NCBI RefSeq assembly: GCF_963921235.1 | Contig: NC_086118.1 | Location: 28,956,001 to 29,020,000 of the forward strand | From: Mobula hypostoma | Lineage: Eukaryota | Direction of reading: 5' to 3' | DNA length: 64,000 bases | Shown: positions 38,206 through 50,464 of the stretch, piece by piece | How the letters are laid out: every line of letters begins with the position of its first letter | Numbering within the stretch: position 1 is the first letter of the stretch | Made by a program: the position numbers and the translations under genes | Notes under the pieces: generated by a model | Told to the model about the DNA's origin: nothing | The model's input: the letters and a program-made list of their open reading frames with translations, nothing else | Databases searched by the model: none

Positions 38206-39833
38206 ACGCCATTCATAAATTTACCGATGACACAACTATTGGCAGAATTTCAGATGGTTGTGAGGAGTTGTACAGGAGCAAGGTAGATCAGCTGGTTGAG
38301 TGGTGTCACAACAGTAATGTTGTACTCAACATCAGTTAGACCAAGGAATTGAATGTGGACTTCAGAAGGGGAAGTCGAAGGAACGCCCCCCCCCAGTCCT
38401 CCTCATTGAGGGATCAGCAGTGGAAAGGGTGAACAGTTTCAAGCTCCTGGGAGTCAACATCTCTGAATATCTATCCTGGGCCCAACATATTGATGAAATT
38501 ACAAAGAAGGCAAGACACCAGCTATATTTCATGTGGAGTTTGAGGAGATTTGATATGTCATCAAAGACAATTGCAGATTTCTAGAGACGTACTGTGGAGT
38601 CCATTCTCACTAGTTTCATCACCATCTGGTATGGATGGATATTGCACGGGATCACAAAAAGATAGAGGAAGTTGTAAACTCAGCCACCTCCATCATGGGC
38701 ACCAGCCTCCCCAGCATCAAGGACATCTTCAAAAGGTGTTGCCTCAGGGCGACATCCATCATTAAGGACCCCCGTCACCCAGGACATGTCCTCTTCACGT
38801 CCAAGGAGCAGGTATAGGACCCTGAAGACTTACACTCAACATTTCAGGAACAGCTTCTTCCCTCTGCCATGAGATTTCTGAATGGACAATGAGTCCTTAA
38901 ACAGTACCTCACTGTTCTTTTTATTTCCTCTCTTTTTGCATGATTTTTTGGAATTTGAATTTTTTATATACGCTGCATGCTTCTGATTGTAATTTATATT
39001 TCTTTTATTATTAAGTATTATAATGTACTGCTGCCTCAAAGCAACAGATTTCAGAATATATGCCAAGGAAATTAAACCTGATGCTGATTCTGATTTTGAC
39101 TTTTCCAGCATCTACAGAATTTTTGATCCTGATCTCAAGGAAAACGGATAATAATCTCTGTGATATCATCCATTCCCTTTCCAGTGTCACTCATGGCTGG
39201 TTATTGGTTCAGAAGTTTTCTTGGTCATTAAGCTAACTGAGCAGCCAATGGCAGACAAAGAAAGTGGGATACACTATTTTTACCTGATGTGTTTAAGTAT
39301 TTTACAGAACATGGAGTAAAACTGCAACATTGGAGAAAAGTTGAAATACCATAAATAAACTTTTAATCCATATTTATGGTTTTAAACTTCATTACATTTT
39401 TGAAATATTTGTCTGAGTAATTTACAATCTATATGAATTAAGATTTAGGACCAAAGAGGTTGGAAAGCAGTAATGATGGTTTATTAAAAATGTACCTATA
39501 TCTCATTCAATGAAGTTGTTACAGTAAGAATGTTTCATAAATACTTGAAGAGTTCATCAGTTCACCAGTTTCTTCAGATAGAAGAAGGCCGTTGAACAAC
39601 ACTCGATATTCTAGGCTGCCTCTGAGAACTGAGGATAACTTAACCTCCTCTCTAACATTTTGAGGAGAGGACAATGCCTGTGAGTGATCTATCTGAACGT
39701 GGGGTGACATTTGCACGTCAGTTACCACATAGACTATGACAGAGTGTTGTTGGGGTCCAATGCAAGACAGTCCAAGGCAGTAAGAGAACAGGCTGTACTG
39801 CACAACCTTTGCATGCACATACAAACAAACGTG

Positions 39834-39836
<3 letters not shown>

Positions 39837-39884
<48 letters not shown>
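39837..39884 (+). repeat. (CA)n microsatellite
   Basis: Seen directly. Confidence 0.95.
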
Positions 39885-39888
<4 letters not shown>

Positions 39889-41089
39889 TCACCCAGAGAT
39901 ATAGCCATGTCCCAGCTACAGAGAGACAAACTCTGGCACATGCTCTAAAATGGACACTGAAACCTACAGTATTGCCCATGCCTTTTTCCTCAGTCATATG
40001 TGAGTGTCCTCCACCCCTTCCTTTTCTGCATCCCAGGCTAATCATTCTCTAGTCTGCCCCTTTTCTTCACCCTCCCTCAATCTTCCTCTCTACGTCCTTC
40101 CGATTAAACACCTTCAGAATTTTTAAGACCTCAGAATTTTTCAGGACAGTCAACTACCTCCTCTATCTCCCTGTGGAAGAGCTGGGAATCACCGAGATTA
40201 ACCCCTGGAATTCTGCCTATGACTGTCCAGTTGCTTACTCTGAAAATTCCTATCAATTTCACATCGTTATGGCACTGAGTGTGGACAGCATCATCATCAA
40301 TTCAATTACAAAAACCTGGCCCGTTATAGTTTTGCCCTCATTGAAATTCTATCGGTGATGAAAGGGTTAATGACAGAAGTTATTGAAGCATAGTATACAA
40401 TATAAAATACTCATTTTGGAACTTGAAAATGTTAGTTTAAACTGCTGCAAAAGTTTTAGTTCATTTTGACTTTATACCGGAGGCTGAGGACTTTAGTCAG
40501 TGAACTAAATTCATTCTCCATATTAGTATCTGAATGATTGAATGAATATAGCTTCAGGAAACCCTGTTATATGAGTGTAATGAGCCTGAAAGATACAGGA
40601 CATGTTTGGATCAAATGTAGTTGACGTTGTGACAACCGTGTCACAAAATGTGTGATTTCATAGAATAAGTGACACATTTGTGATTTATGGAGAGGTAAAG
40701 CTTTAAAGGGGTGACACTCCTCTTGAAATGGAAAAAAAAGGACTGGCTTTTACTGTCTCCAATGAGTGACCTAACAAAATAATCTCAGAAATCTAACTTC
40801 ATGTCCATTTCTGTCCTTCAGTTTTATTTAGTGTCTCCATAGTAGTGGAGAAAATCAGATATTTTATCATATTCCTCTGAAAGAAGTCGTTCTTCCCTCA
40901 GGTGGTCATAAAGGGAAAATGTACAGAAAAACATGAACGTGTGAGAAACGTTGAACAGTTTGTTCACATCTAGTAAAATAATTTGATTGTCTTCTTAGTC
41001 CTAATGAAGAATCCCACTCTGCAGTTTAATTTTCATATGATCATCTGTTGGAAATTCATAGAAGTTCTTTAATCTTACATCAATAACAC

Positions 41090-41480
41090 AAGACCATTAG
41101 ACATGAATAGGCCATTCGACGCTATCAGCCTGCTCTCTTCATTCAATAAGATTCTGCTGATCCAGCTTTCCTCAAGCCAACTCTCTTGCTCTTTCCCCAA
41201 CACCCTTGATTAGAAATCTATTTATCTCTGCTTTAAATATAACACAAAGGCTCTGCCCCTAGACGTCTCTCTGACAAGGAGTTCCAATAACACACAGCTC
41301 AGGAAGAGGAAATGTGTTCTCTCTCAGTCTTGAATGTACGCCCTCTTATTCAGAGACCATGAGCTCTAGATTTCAAATCCCTTATGTGAAGAAACACACC
41401 CTTAGCAATTATTCCATCTAGCCCATAAGAATTTTATATGTTTCCAAAGGTCACTTCCCACTCTTCAAAACTTCAATGAA
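41090..41480 (-). mobile_element. Old CR1 3' fragment
   Basis: agaccattagacat..taggccattcg tail; agaattttatatgtttc. Confidence 0.7.
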
Positions 41481-41484
41481 TTGG

Positions 41485-41722
41485 TAAGTTGTTTATGATT
41501 GATTGTAGTCACATGTATACTGAGATACAGTGAAGAGCTTTGATTTCTGTGCTCTCTATATAGATCACATCACAACTTCAGTACATGAAGGCAGTGCAAG
41601 GCAAAAGCAATAACAGAATGCAGAATAAAGTATTACAATTACAGAGAAAGTGCAGTGTAGGCTGACAATAAAGATACAGGGGCCGTGATAAGATGGATGT
41701 GAGGTCAAGAGTACCTATTTAT
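41485..41722 (-). mobile_element. Rex-like LINE 3' UTR fragment
   Basis: gtcacatgtatactgagatacagtgaa..acagaatgcagaataaagt..gtgaggtcaagagt; related to 58460-58540. Confidence 0.6.
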
Positions 41723-41739
41723 TATAAAAGGTCCATGGG

Positions 41740-42076
41740 CATTGAGGGGCCACAGAATCCCAGAGAGCTGCTGGTTGGAGGGCAGACAGCAATGAACTGA
41801 TGTACATCTGCGATCATGCTGGGCCACCAGAACGAGCACTCCAGAAATTCCAGGGACTGTTGTGTGCTTAAGAATGTTTTGGTTGAGTCCACTGTAGTCA
41901 TTGTAGAGACGGAGAGCCCCATCTTTCTTTTTGAAAAAGAAGAATCCTGCAGAGCAGGAGACTGGGGAGGCTATGGCCCAGAGAAGAGGTCTTGGGTCCC
42001 TTGCTCATCGAGGAGTTCCACTGCACCCGTCCGGGTCATCCTGGGCCGTCGTAAGCCAGCTGTAGGAGGGGGTTCC
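41740..42076. mobile_element. Rearranged chromoviral Gypsy pol remnants
   Basis: Minus strand: SAGFFFFKKKDGALRLYNDYSGLN (RT N-terminus, 41953-41882) joined to FWWPSMIADVHQFIAVC (integrase zinc-binding region). Plus strand: DWGGYGPEKRSWVP (chromodomain) and PPT aggaggggg at 42064-42072. Confidence 0.85.
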
Positions 42077-42383
42077 AGTCAGGCCTACACAGGCAGGCGC
42101 CTCCCAGTCTCTACCCACCTGCCACTCGTTTCCAACTCATCGCCTGCAGCCTACTTAAACCCAGCCTTCCTCCACAATCCTAATTCACCCGTTGAACCAG
42201 CCAGCCTCAGTCAGCTGCTCCCAGCCTTCAGTTACCTAGTTACCTTGTTGCCTTGTCGCGTTAAGTATCTGTTCTCTCTTGTTTTGTGGGCCTCTCATGG
42301 CTTGTTATTTTGCAGCTTATTATTAAAGACAGCGCTGTCTGCTGCTCTGCTTTTCGGTCAAGCCTCCTCTACATTTCCTGACA
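42077..42383 (+). mobile_element. Gypsy 3' LTR
   Basis: Follows the PPT; agtca...tgaca termini; TATA-like tacttaaa; ATTAAA. Confidence 0.8.
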
Positions 42384-43279
42384 GGTGAACATTCGGGACT
42401 CAAATATCTTCCTTTCATTCAGAGGTTCAGAACTATGCACGGTGCTCTAGATTTGTCAGAAGTGCTATATATATACGCAGTGCTCCAGATGTGGTCTCAC
42501 TTGTACCTCACACGATAACGAATGTGAATGCAGAGCAGGAAGTGACAGCTTGGACAAACATTTAAATTTTTCATGAGCTTCATTATGAGAAGTTGAGGAA
42601 AGTCTACACTTAAATATTTGAACAGCCATCTCTGCACCAAGGGGTATTCCATCAAGCAACTGAATACTTCCTTTTGTTGCTTTGGGCAAAAAAAACAGAC
42701 AAGAATGATATTGCATACATTATTCTAGCACGTTGCTATGGGTTAACAGTGAAAGGAAAATGAGCATCGAGTTAGAGAACCAGATTTTAAAGAGGAATGA
42801 AGAGGGATAGAAAAACAAATGACTCCATTTTTTAACTGCCATTATGACCATAAGATATAAGAGCAGAATTAGGCCATTCTGCCCATCTAACAGCCTGTTG
42901 TGCAATCCAAAAGTCATGAAACGATCATGTGTTAACTAAATGTTAACTGAGGAATTGCTAAACCTAATTTGATCTTGAGCACATGAGAGCCATTTTCAAA
43001 ATTGTTGCTTGACCTCTAACTTTGTGAAACACTCATTTGAAATGTTATCCCTATTGTAATATACAAACATTACAAAGAAAATATATTACACCCTAATTTA
43101 CATTAAAATTGTAGATCAATGAACTACTTACAATTATTGAGGTACCTATCACTATCACTTTGGCTCTTCTCACTCTGAGTTTGCTTTTCATACACAGACA
43201 GCTACAGTAAAATGCATTCAAACACAGATATCTGCAGCTCACATAAAGTAGCCAAGAATTGCTGGCGCCAGCTTTAAAT

Positions 43280-43495
43280 ATCAGAGGGAGAGGGTTAGCA
43301 GCTTTAAATTCTTGGGTGTTACTAATTCAGAGGACTTGTCCTGGACTCAGCATTTACGTACAATTGCAAAGAAAGCACGACAGTTCCTCTACTTGCTCGG
43401 GAGTCTGTGGACGTTCTGCATGACGTTGACAAACTTCCATAGACGTGTAGCGGAGAGTGTATTGACTGGATGCTTCATGCCTGGTATGGAAACTT
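43280..43495 (+). mobile_element. Rex1/Babar fragment
   Basis: FKFLGV..SEDLSWTQH..KKARQFLY..NFHRRVAESVLTGC. Confidence 0.8.
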
Positions 43496-44269
43496 AGCCA
43501 ATTGCTTGGCAGTGATAGGACAGCATCTGACCCTTCAAGCAATGAAATAGTCCATGCCTACTTGCTGCAGGTCCAGGCATGGGTGGATGAGTGACACGAA
43601 TCCTGCAGGAAAGTAAACAGAGAATTTAATCACCATTCCTTTGGAGGTATTACTACCCTTGAAGTAAATATCCTCTGAGGTCACTAGCATCTTTTCATCG
43701 GTCCAGACACTAAAACTAGCTACAAGAATGTCAAAGTCTCCTTATTCTCCAGCTTCATGGAACATGTGAAGCGTGTAATGGAATAATCAATTTGCCATGA
43801 AGTGAACAGCTTCAACAAAACTGAAAAAGCTTCTCCTTCCAAGATAGAGTACCCCATTTGATTAATACACAATCCATCCTGAACCCTCCTTTTCTTTTCC
43901 ACTATAACATCATGGCTGTGGGGATGTACATATGAGCACAGGCGGCCCCTTGTTATTGAAGATCATTTGCTTTCAGTCTGGCTCTGTGAGTCCTGAGGTG
44001 ACTGATGGGGCCATAGATTCTACTGCAGGAAGTGCAGGACTGGAAAGGCAGGTGGTGCGTTCTTTCTGTCATTCAACACCTGGCTTCATGTCCTCCTGAT
44101 GCATGAACTTCTCAGTGCCACCCCAAATGCCCTTTCTCTGTTTCAGGCAGTCATGAGCCAGGAATTTGCGGGCATGTTATAGTGTGCAGTAACTCTCAAG
44201 GCTTCTTCAACAATACTTTGCAAATTGGCAACACCTTATGTTTGAATAGATGAGGGTAACAGGATAAAC

Positions 44270-44500
44270 AGGTACACTCCTAGGTTACACATTATTCTAA
44301 CTCGGGAATATATCACCATTCCTTTTTCATTGCCGAGTCAAAATCCTGAATTATCCTCATTATGTCACTGTGGGCATTCCTTCACTAGACGAATGGCAGT
44401 GATTCTCAAGGCACTTTCGTAAGGGAAATAGGAGATGTGCATTAAATTGTAGTCTGCCAACAATGCCCATACCACTTGAGTGAATGGGATTTCTTTTTAA
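44270..44500 (+). mobile_element. CR1-like LINE 3' end (different family)
   Basis: aatatatcaccattcctt..gagtcaaaatcctgaa..cactgtggg..ctgccaacaatgcccat..gtgaatg. Confidence 0.6.
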
Positions 44501-45659
44501 AACTTCAGATGCATTGCATAACATCCCTGAAGGCACCATACAAGTTTGAAAAAGCAAAATCTCTAATTGTACTTCCGGGAGTTTCCCCTGATTTGAAATC
44601 TTTTCCTCCAGTGGTGACCGCAGAACTGTTTTTGTATTTTTATGATAGTTCTTTTTCTATTCAGTGCAGTGCCCTGATTTGTACAACATCATCATTAATG
44701 CAAGTTTATCAGGAAAGATTTGAAGATGACTCGGAAATGTAATCAGCTGTGTATTACAGGGAATTTCACTGCAGAATGTATGGGAGAGCTAGACCCCAGT
44801 TATGAGGTCATTCCTTCCATCTCATTATACATTCATTTCCCTTCATTTAATTATACCCAATTTACACTTAAATTGTAGTTCCAATATGAATTGTTACAGC
44901 AGTATTATGTTTCGAATGCAAATCTCTATGGACTTTCAAAACAGCTTTCAGAGATTGAGAGATATATTGCTTGGGACTAGCATTCAGTTTCAGCATCCTG
45001 AGTTAGTTGTAAATCACAACCAGATTGCAAAGTGGCACTAAAATGGCATTTTACTTCAAGCCGAATATTTGCCCTGTCCTGATATATTTATGAATTGCAA
45101 TATAAATTTGCATCATTAAAATGTTTTTAGCTCCACCAGAATGAAGTGCACATCGTGCCTAAATGTGAAATAAGGCACTAGTAGTTAGGCTGTGAATCTG
45201 TCATTAAGTAACAGTATAAATGCAATAGGCTAAAAGAACTTTATTTCATTATCGATTTTCCAAAGCAACTTTAGATTGTGTAACTAAAAACTTCTTGTAA
45301 CGTACTAATATTTCCATTTTACCTTACTAGGGCATTATGTCACCTAGCCCTCTAAATTAGTTAGATCTGTTCCTATTTAGAATAGGACCTCTGTGTTATG
45401 ATATGAAAACATTTATTTTTAACTCCTGTTTTGCAAATTGAACTAGAGATCGCAAGGGTTTCAAGTGGAAAAAACATTTCGACTTAGTTATCTCATTGTT
45501 GCAGAGTGTCACATTTTTCGGTTTCCCCGTTGAAGCTAATCAGCCTGAGATCTGGGGACTCTTGATTCATTGTTGTTTAGCAACATGGACACCAATAAGC
45601 ATGGCAATCAGTTAATATAGGAGAACGTGTTAAGTATTCAGAAATCATATTAGAAATTT

Positions 45660-46442
45660 TCCCTCCTATAATTTAAAGTGGTTCATAGGGCTTACATGAC
45701 CAAGGATAAGTTATCTCATTTTTATATGGATATATCTCCCTACTGTGATAGGTGTAACAATGGGGAAGCTTCATTTATTCATATGTTTTGGACATGTCCA
45801 GGTTATGGAAAATATTGGAAGGAAGTATTCCAAACTTTTTCTGTACTTGCTGTAAGTAAATTTTAAGCCTAATCCTTTGACTGCCCTATTTGGTATTGTT
45901 GGAAGAAAAGATATCATCTTGAAGACATCTGATTTGCACATTCTGGATTTTATCTCTCTTATGGCTAGGAGGGCGCCTTTGTTTAAATGGAAGGATGCTG
46001 TTCCGCCTAATTATGCTCAGTGGTTACGGGATGTTATGGCATGCCTAAATTTGGAAAAGATTTGTTGTTCAACTTCTGAATCTAACCAAGATTTTCAAAA
46101 TTTGTGGAGGCCATTTTTAAATTATTTTCATAATCTTTGACTTCTCATTAAAGTACGGAAGTTGGTTAATAGCACATTGATAAGGTGTTTTTTTCCCCCC
46201 TTTTTTCCCAAACAGCTTCGACTTTGGTAGTGGGTGTAGATTTTTTTAGTAAAAATTGTTTATATTTTAATATACGAATTAATCTAATCTATATGAATAT
46301 AGAGTAAGGAATTTGTTAATGTGATTCAATATATTGTATCTGGTATTATTATATTTCTTCTTTTGTTTTGTAATATGTAGTCTCTTGGACTCTGTATTCT
46401 TCTATATAGAAATCAATAAAAATATTGAAAAAGAAGAAGAAG
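45660..46442 (+). mobile_element. L1-clade LINE 3' fragment (ORF2 CCHC zinc finger, frameshifted)
   Basis: FKVVHRAY..CDRC....ASFIHMFWTC..YW; WKD..PP..QWL; AATAAA then a (GAA)n tail. TSD tagaaattt at 45651-45659 and 46443-46451. Confidence 0.9.
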
Positions 46443-47729
46443 TAGAAATTTATAGAATTATAGGTCAGCTTCTGTATAATGCACTGCTTTTAATTCTATC
46501 TTCATATATTAATATTTTTGGAGAAGATAAAAAAAGCAAGTAGATTATCTAAATTTGCTCCAGTTCAGTTATAGTTCCAGGTGAAAGTGAGAAGCCAGTA
46601 TCTTTAAAGTGCATTTATGTAAATAAAATTTAAAAAAAGATTCAATTTAAATATCCTTGTAAAAAGTCTGTGTGACTCCTCAAAAGGTTTGTAGTTTCAT
46701 TTTCAGGGAATTGTTTCAATTAACACAGGAAATTAAATACTGCAGTATTATATTATCTGCCAATTACTTAACTTCCGCTCTATTTAGTCTCGCATTAAAT
46801 TTATTGGTTTTAAGCTGTGTGATATAGTCTTCAAGGATGTTACTTTCCTCACCCAACTATTTAAAGAGCAGATAAGGCCAATGGATAACTTGAGCAGTTT
46901 CTGGTTTAAGCTATGATTGCTTCTAAGCCCAGTCACTACAAACACAAGGATAAGTCTACCTTCAGACCAGGTGCAGGTCTGTCAGATGCACCTTTGAAAA
47001 CAATGAGATTCTGGGGACTGAATTCTAATAAACAATATAACAATTTTAATCCAGTTTATAATATCAGTACTCTTTCATTCTTCATTCTCCTTGACTACGG
47101 ACCCTATCCACATCTATTCTTCATAATCAAAGGAAATTTATCAATAGAGTTTGGGATCTAGCATTACTTATACGGATTCTCCCACACATAAGCTTGCTTA
47201 GGCATGTCCCATGCCTTGTGCAACAGCAGTGTTGGATGATATTGCATTCAGCTACTCTGATTCCAGTTATTGATTAATAATAACAGCTTGTATTTTGTCT
47301 TTCTGACATATATTGGTGTTAGCTGATTCACTCAAACTGACCATTACCTTGGAACATACCCTTTGACTTCCTCTGTCAGAGGCACTTTAAAATCACATTT
47401 CTCCAAACTGAGCCTTGCACTATCCAGTTGATTAATTTTCTGATATTGTGATGATAAAGAATGATGGTCTTAACAGCGGCAATTAATTACATAATTTCCT
47501 CAAAATCCTTCAGGGCAAAATGACAATGTAACAGAAGGGTTTGTGATAAACAGAGACAAATATAATCAAAGCAACAGGAAATATTATTTAATGATTTAGA
47601 GAATAAGAAATATGAGGGAAGGGATTGCGTACCACTAGGCATGATGAAGCTATAGGTAGTTTTGTCAAGTCCTTTGCTTTAAACCAGCAAACAATAAAGA
47701 ACAACCTAGTTTAAAAATAAAATGTTATA

Positions 47730-47860
47730 AGCAACTCCCCATGCTGTACTTTTGATCTCAAGCTGACAATTAGCCATCACTTCACTGAAAGAGAACAACT
47801 GTATGCCATCTTTATCATGATGAAGCTTGGCATAAGCAGTGGCACTCTCACAGCATTATA
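47730..47860 (-). mobile_element. Old Deu-SINE fragment
   Basis: The reverse reads gagagtgccactg..gttctctttcagtga..cagcatggggagtt. Confidence 0.45.
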
Positions 47861-49449
47861 TTTCACACACAAGTGTTTTATAAACAAAGGGAAAAGGTTT
47901 GCCAAACATTTTGTGATAAAGGCTGTGCCCTTATGAAATATTCAACAGAGCAAAGCTAAAACTCAGTTCAGTGTGTCTTAAAATAGCTCTGCTATTTGTT
48001 CATAACCATTAATTCAAATAATTGATCTGAAAAAACACTTCATTATGTGAGTTGTAGACAATGTATAATGTCAGAAGGTTTTTTTTCCTAGTGTGTTTCC
48101 CTCAGTATCTTTAACCTTATGCAATAAGCTCCAGCTGTTGTTCATAGGCCATAATCCACAAGGGCAGGTCAACCATTAACCTCAATAATAAGAGAGCCTG
48201 TTTGCTTACTTGATTGGTTGTCAGGTCTGAAGATGAAATCAAATTAAAATGTGGTCTTGAACTTATTCACCCTGTTTACAGAATAGTCGCACATTAGTTC
48301 CAGACAAATGTTCCCCAGTTCACTTGTTTTGGAATGAAAAGGACGTATCTCGGGAAATAGAATACTGCTTGTGCTACTTAGGGTCTGGAAAAGTTGTCTT
48401 TGCAATTTAGATTTCATTTTATTTTACTGCTATCATATTGAAGAGATTAACCATTAGCATTACTAAAACTCCCATGAGCTCATCTGAGCAGCAAACAAAA
48501 AGTATTGTTAAAATTTTATCCTTTTGTTCCTATGTTAATTTGATAGCAACACACTATGCAATATAGTCCCTAATTTACTTGCAAGTAACTCTTAATCTCC
48601 AGATTTCTTCTTTTTTTTGCAACGTGGTATCATGGACAACTTGAACTGTAATTGTTCAGGATTTAAACTGAAGTAACTGGATTTGACCTTGTTTTCTAAC
48701 AGAAACATACAATTGCTTGATACAGAAGATGAGCCTTCTGCAGTGTTAGAATTAGAATATCAAGTGATGAAATTTTGAATGGCCAGTATCTAACTTATTT
48801 TTACATCACCATGCTGGAATTTATTTTTCTTGGATTTTATTCCCAAACCCATTTTCTTAAAGTAACAACAATAAACAAAAAAAAACATAAATTAAAATGT
48901 TGGCCTGAACACTCAGGATGCGCCTCAGTTTTGTAATGCTCAGAGGTCCTGTAAAACCTGCGGGTGCCAGCGCCGTCTGCTCATTCTCCATCCAGGAACA
49001 CCCAGGCTGAAGGTCACATTGAAGAGTGGAGGCCAATTAGCAGGACAGACACTCTGACTGCTTGCCAGCTCTCCCTGTAAATGGCCTCCTTGCCCAGCAT
49101 ATGGTCAACAAGACGGTGCTTCAATCCACCGACCAACACTGCATCAGGTGGCCAAACAGCAGGAGCATGGGCCTGCAGCATAGCCTGAATCGGAGAAGCT
49201 ATTCCCTAATTTACCCAGAAAGGGCCTGAAACCTTGTATTTTCTGATTATGCATGGAACTCGGACCCATTCAGGCTGTAGGAGTAATAGGCAGCCGACTG
49301 TTTGGGACTACTTTGCGTAATCCACTCCACTCCAGATCCCCAATGTAAGTGGGATGGACTCCCACACAAAGCAATTACTACTGGAGACCACTCTTACTGC
49401 CACAGAAGTGGCTGAAGATGCAGCCTGAAAATGCACACTCAATATTTAA

Positions 49450-49625
49450 GGGTTTATTCCATTCCTCCATCCAATTTCTGAACGATCTACAATCCCATGA
49501 ACACCACCTCACTGCTTTGTTTTTTTTTGTACAATTTACTTATATTTCTTTTTATATATTGCACTCTATTGCTATTACAATGCAACAAATTTCATGATAT
49601 ATGTCAGTTAATAAGCCTGATTCTA
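49450..49625 (+). mobile_element. Rex1/Babar 3' tip
   Basis: catccaatttctgaac..ccatgaacaccacctcac..caacaaatttcatgatatatgtcag..aagcctgattct. Confidence 0.75.
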
Positions 49626-50464
49626 AAATGTCAGAATTGACTCACACCATGTCTGAATGCAAACAAGAGTGAATTAGAGGGTGCTTTGGAGTAGCCCACA
49701 CAGGAATTTCCTCAAATGCTCTGTAGAATGACACGAAGGGCACTTTTGAGAAATAGCCCGACTCAGATAAAGAATTTGTTTCCCTTGCCTCACCCATGCA
49801 CCATTTGACCACAGCAACATCTGAATCTGCAATTATCTCTAGTTTAGTGATTTCACTTTGAATTTGTTTTCAAATAAGCATTTACTATTGTGGCTGAATT
49901 GGGCTGAGCAATTAAATGCAAATGGTCCGCTCAGTCTCTTTGAACAAATGTATCCACTTCAAGTCCTCCTGTGATTCTCTGCACCACAGACAACATAACA
50001 GAGCAAATCAACTGCCTATTCAGACTTAGTCATCAGCCTCAAGCACACAGAAATCCTTGGAATCAATCCCACTTACAACTGTAACTCTTGCCTGCACAAA
50101 GCATTGCCTACTATTTCTGTAATTCCATCAGGGATTCAGTATGGATAATAAAACACTGACATAGAGAACCCAGTCATCCCTTGATGATGTGAGCAAGCTA
50201 GTGCTTCCATTGAAAAAGAAAGTGTGGACAATTCCATTCAAAAGAAGAGTGAAAATGGAGAGTAAATGCTATTAATAGCTTTGATTAGCTTTGCCTTAGT
50301 TCCAAGAAGGAGTGCCCCCCCTCTCTGTGATTACTTCCACCACAAGAGCCTGCCAATTTTGGAATGCTTTTACTGAATATCTTCTGTATTCTCTCTGTAT
50401 CCAACAAGATTAGGTAATCTTTCATAAACATTTCTATGAACTGACAAATTTGGAAAAAATTATA

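Larger units (their letters stand above)
37190..39100 (+). mobile_element. Rex1/Babar LINE: APE endonuclease part joined to RT C-terminus/3' end, internally deleted, with nested inserts
   Basis: SLENK..LCFMETWL..GGGSGVCFMINS..HLVVKHRPF; KFTDDTT near 38220; IKDPRHPGH; (GATTCT) tail near 39080-39097. Confidence 0.88.

Noticed and set aside
39711..40052. ORFs with HT/CV repeats (also 13360-13611)
   Set aside because: These are translations of (CA)n microsatellites.
41816..42388. 190-aa ORF, the longest in the track
   Set aside because: It reads through antisense RT, a chromodomain fragment and the LTR; it is not a gene.
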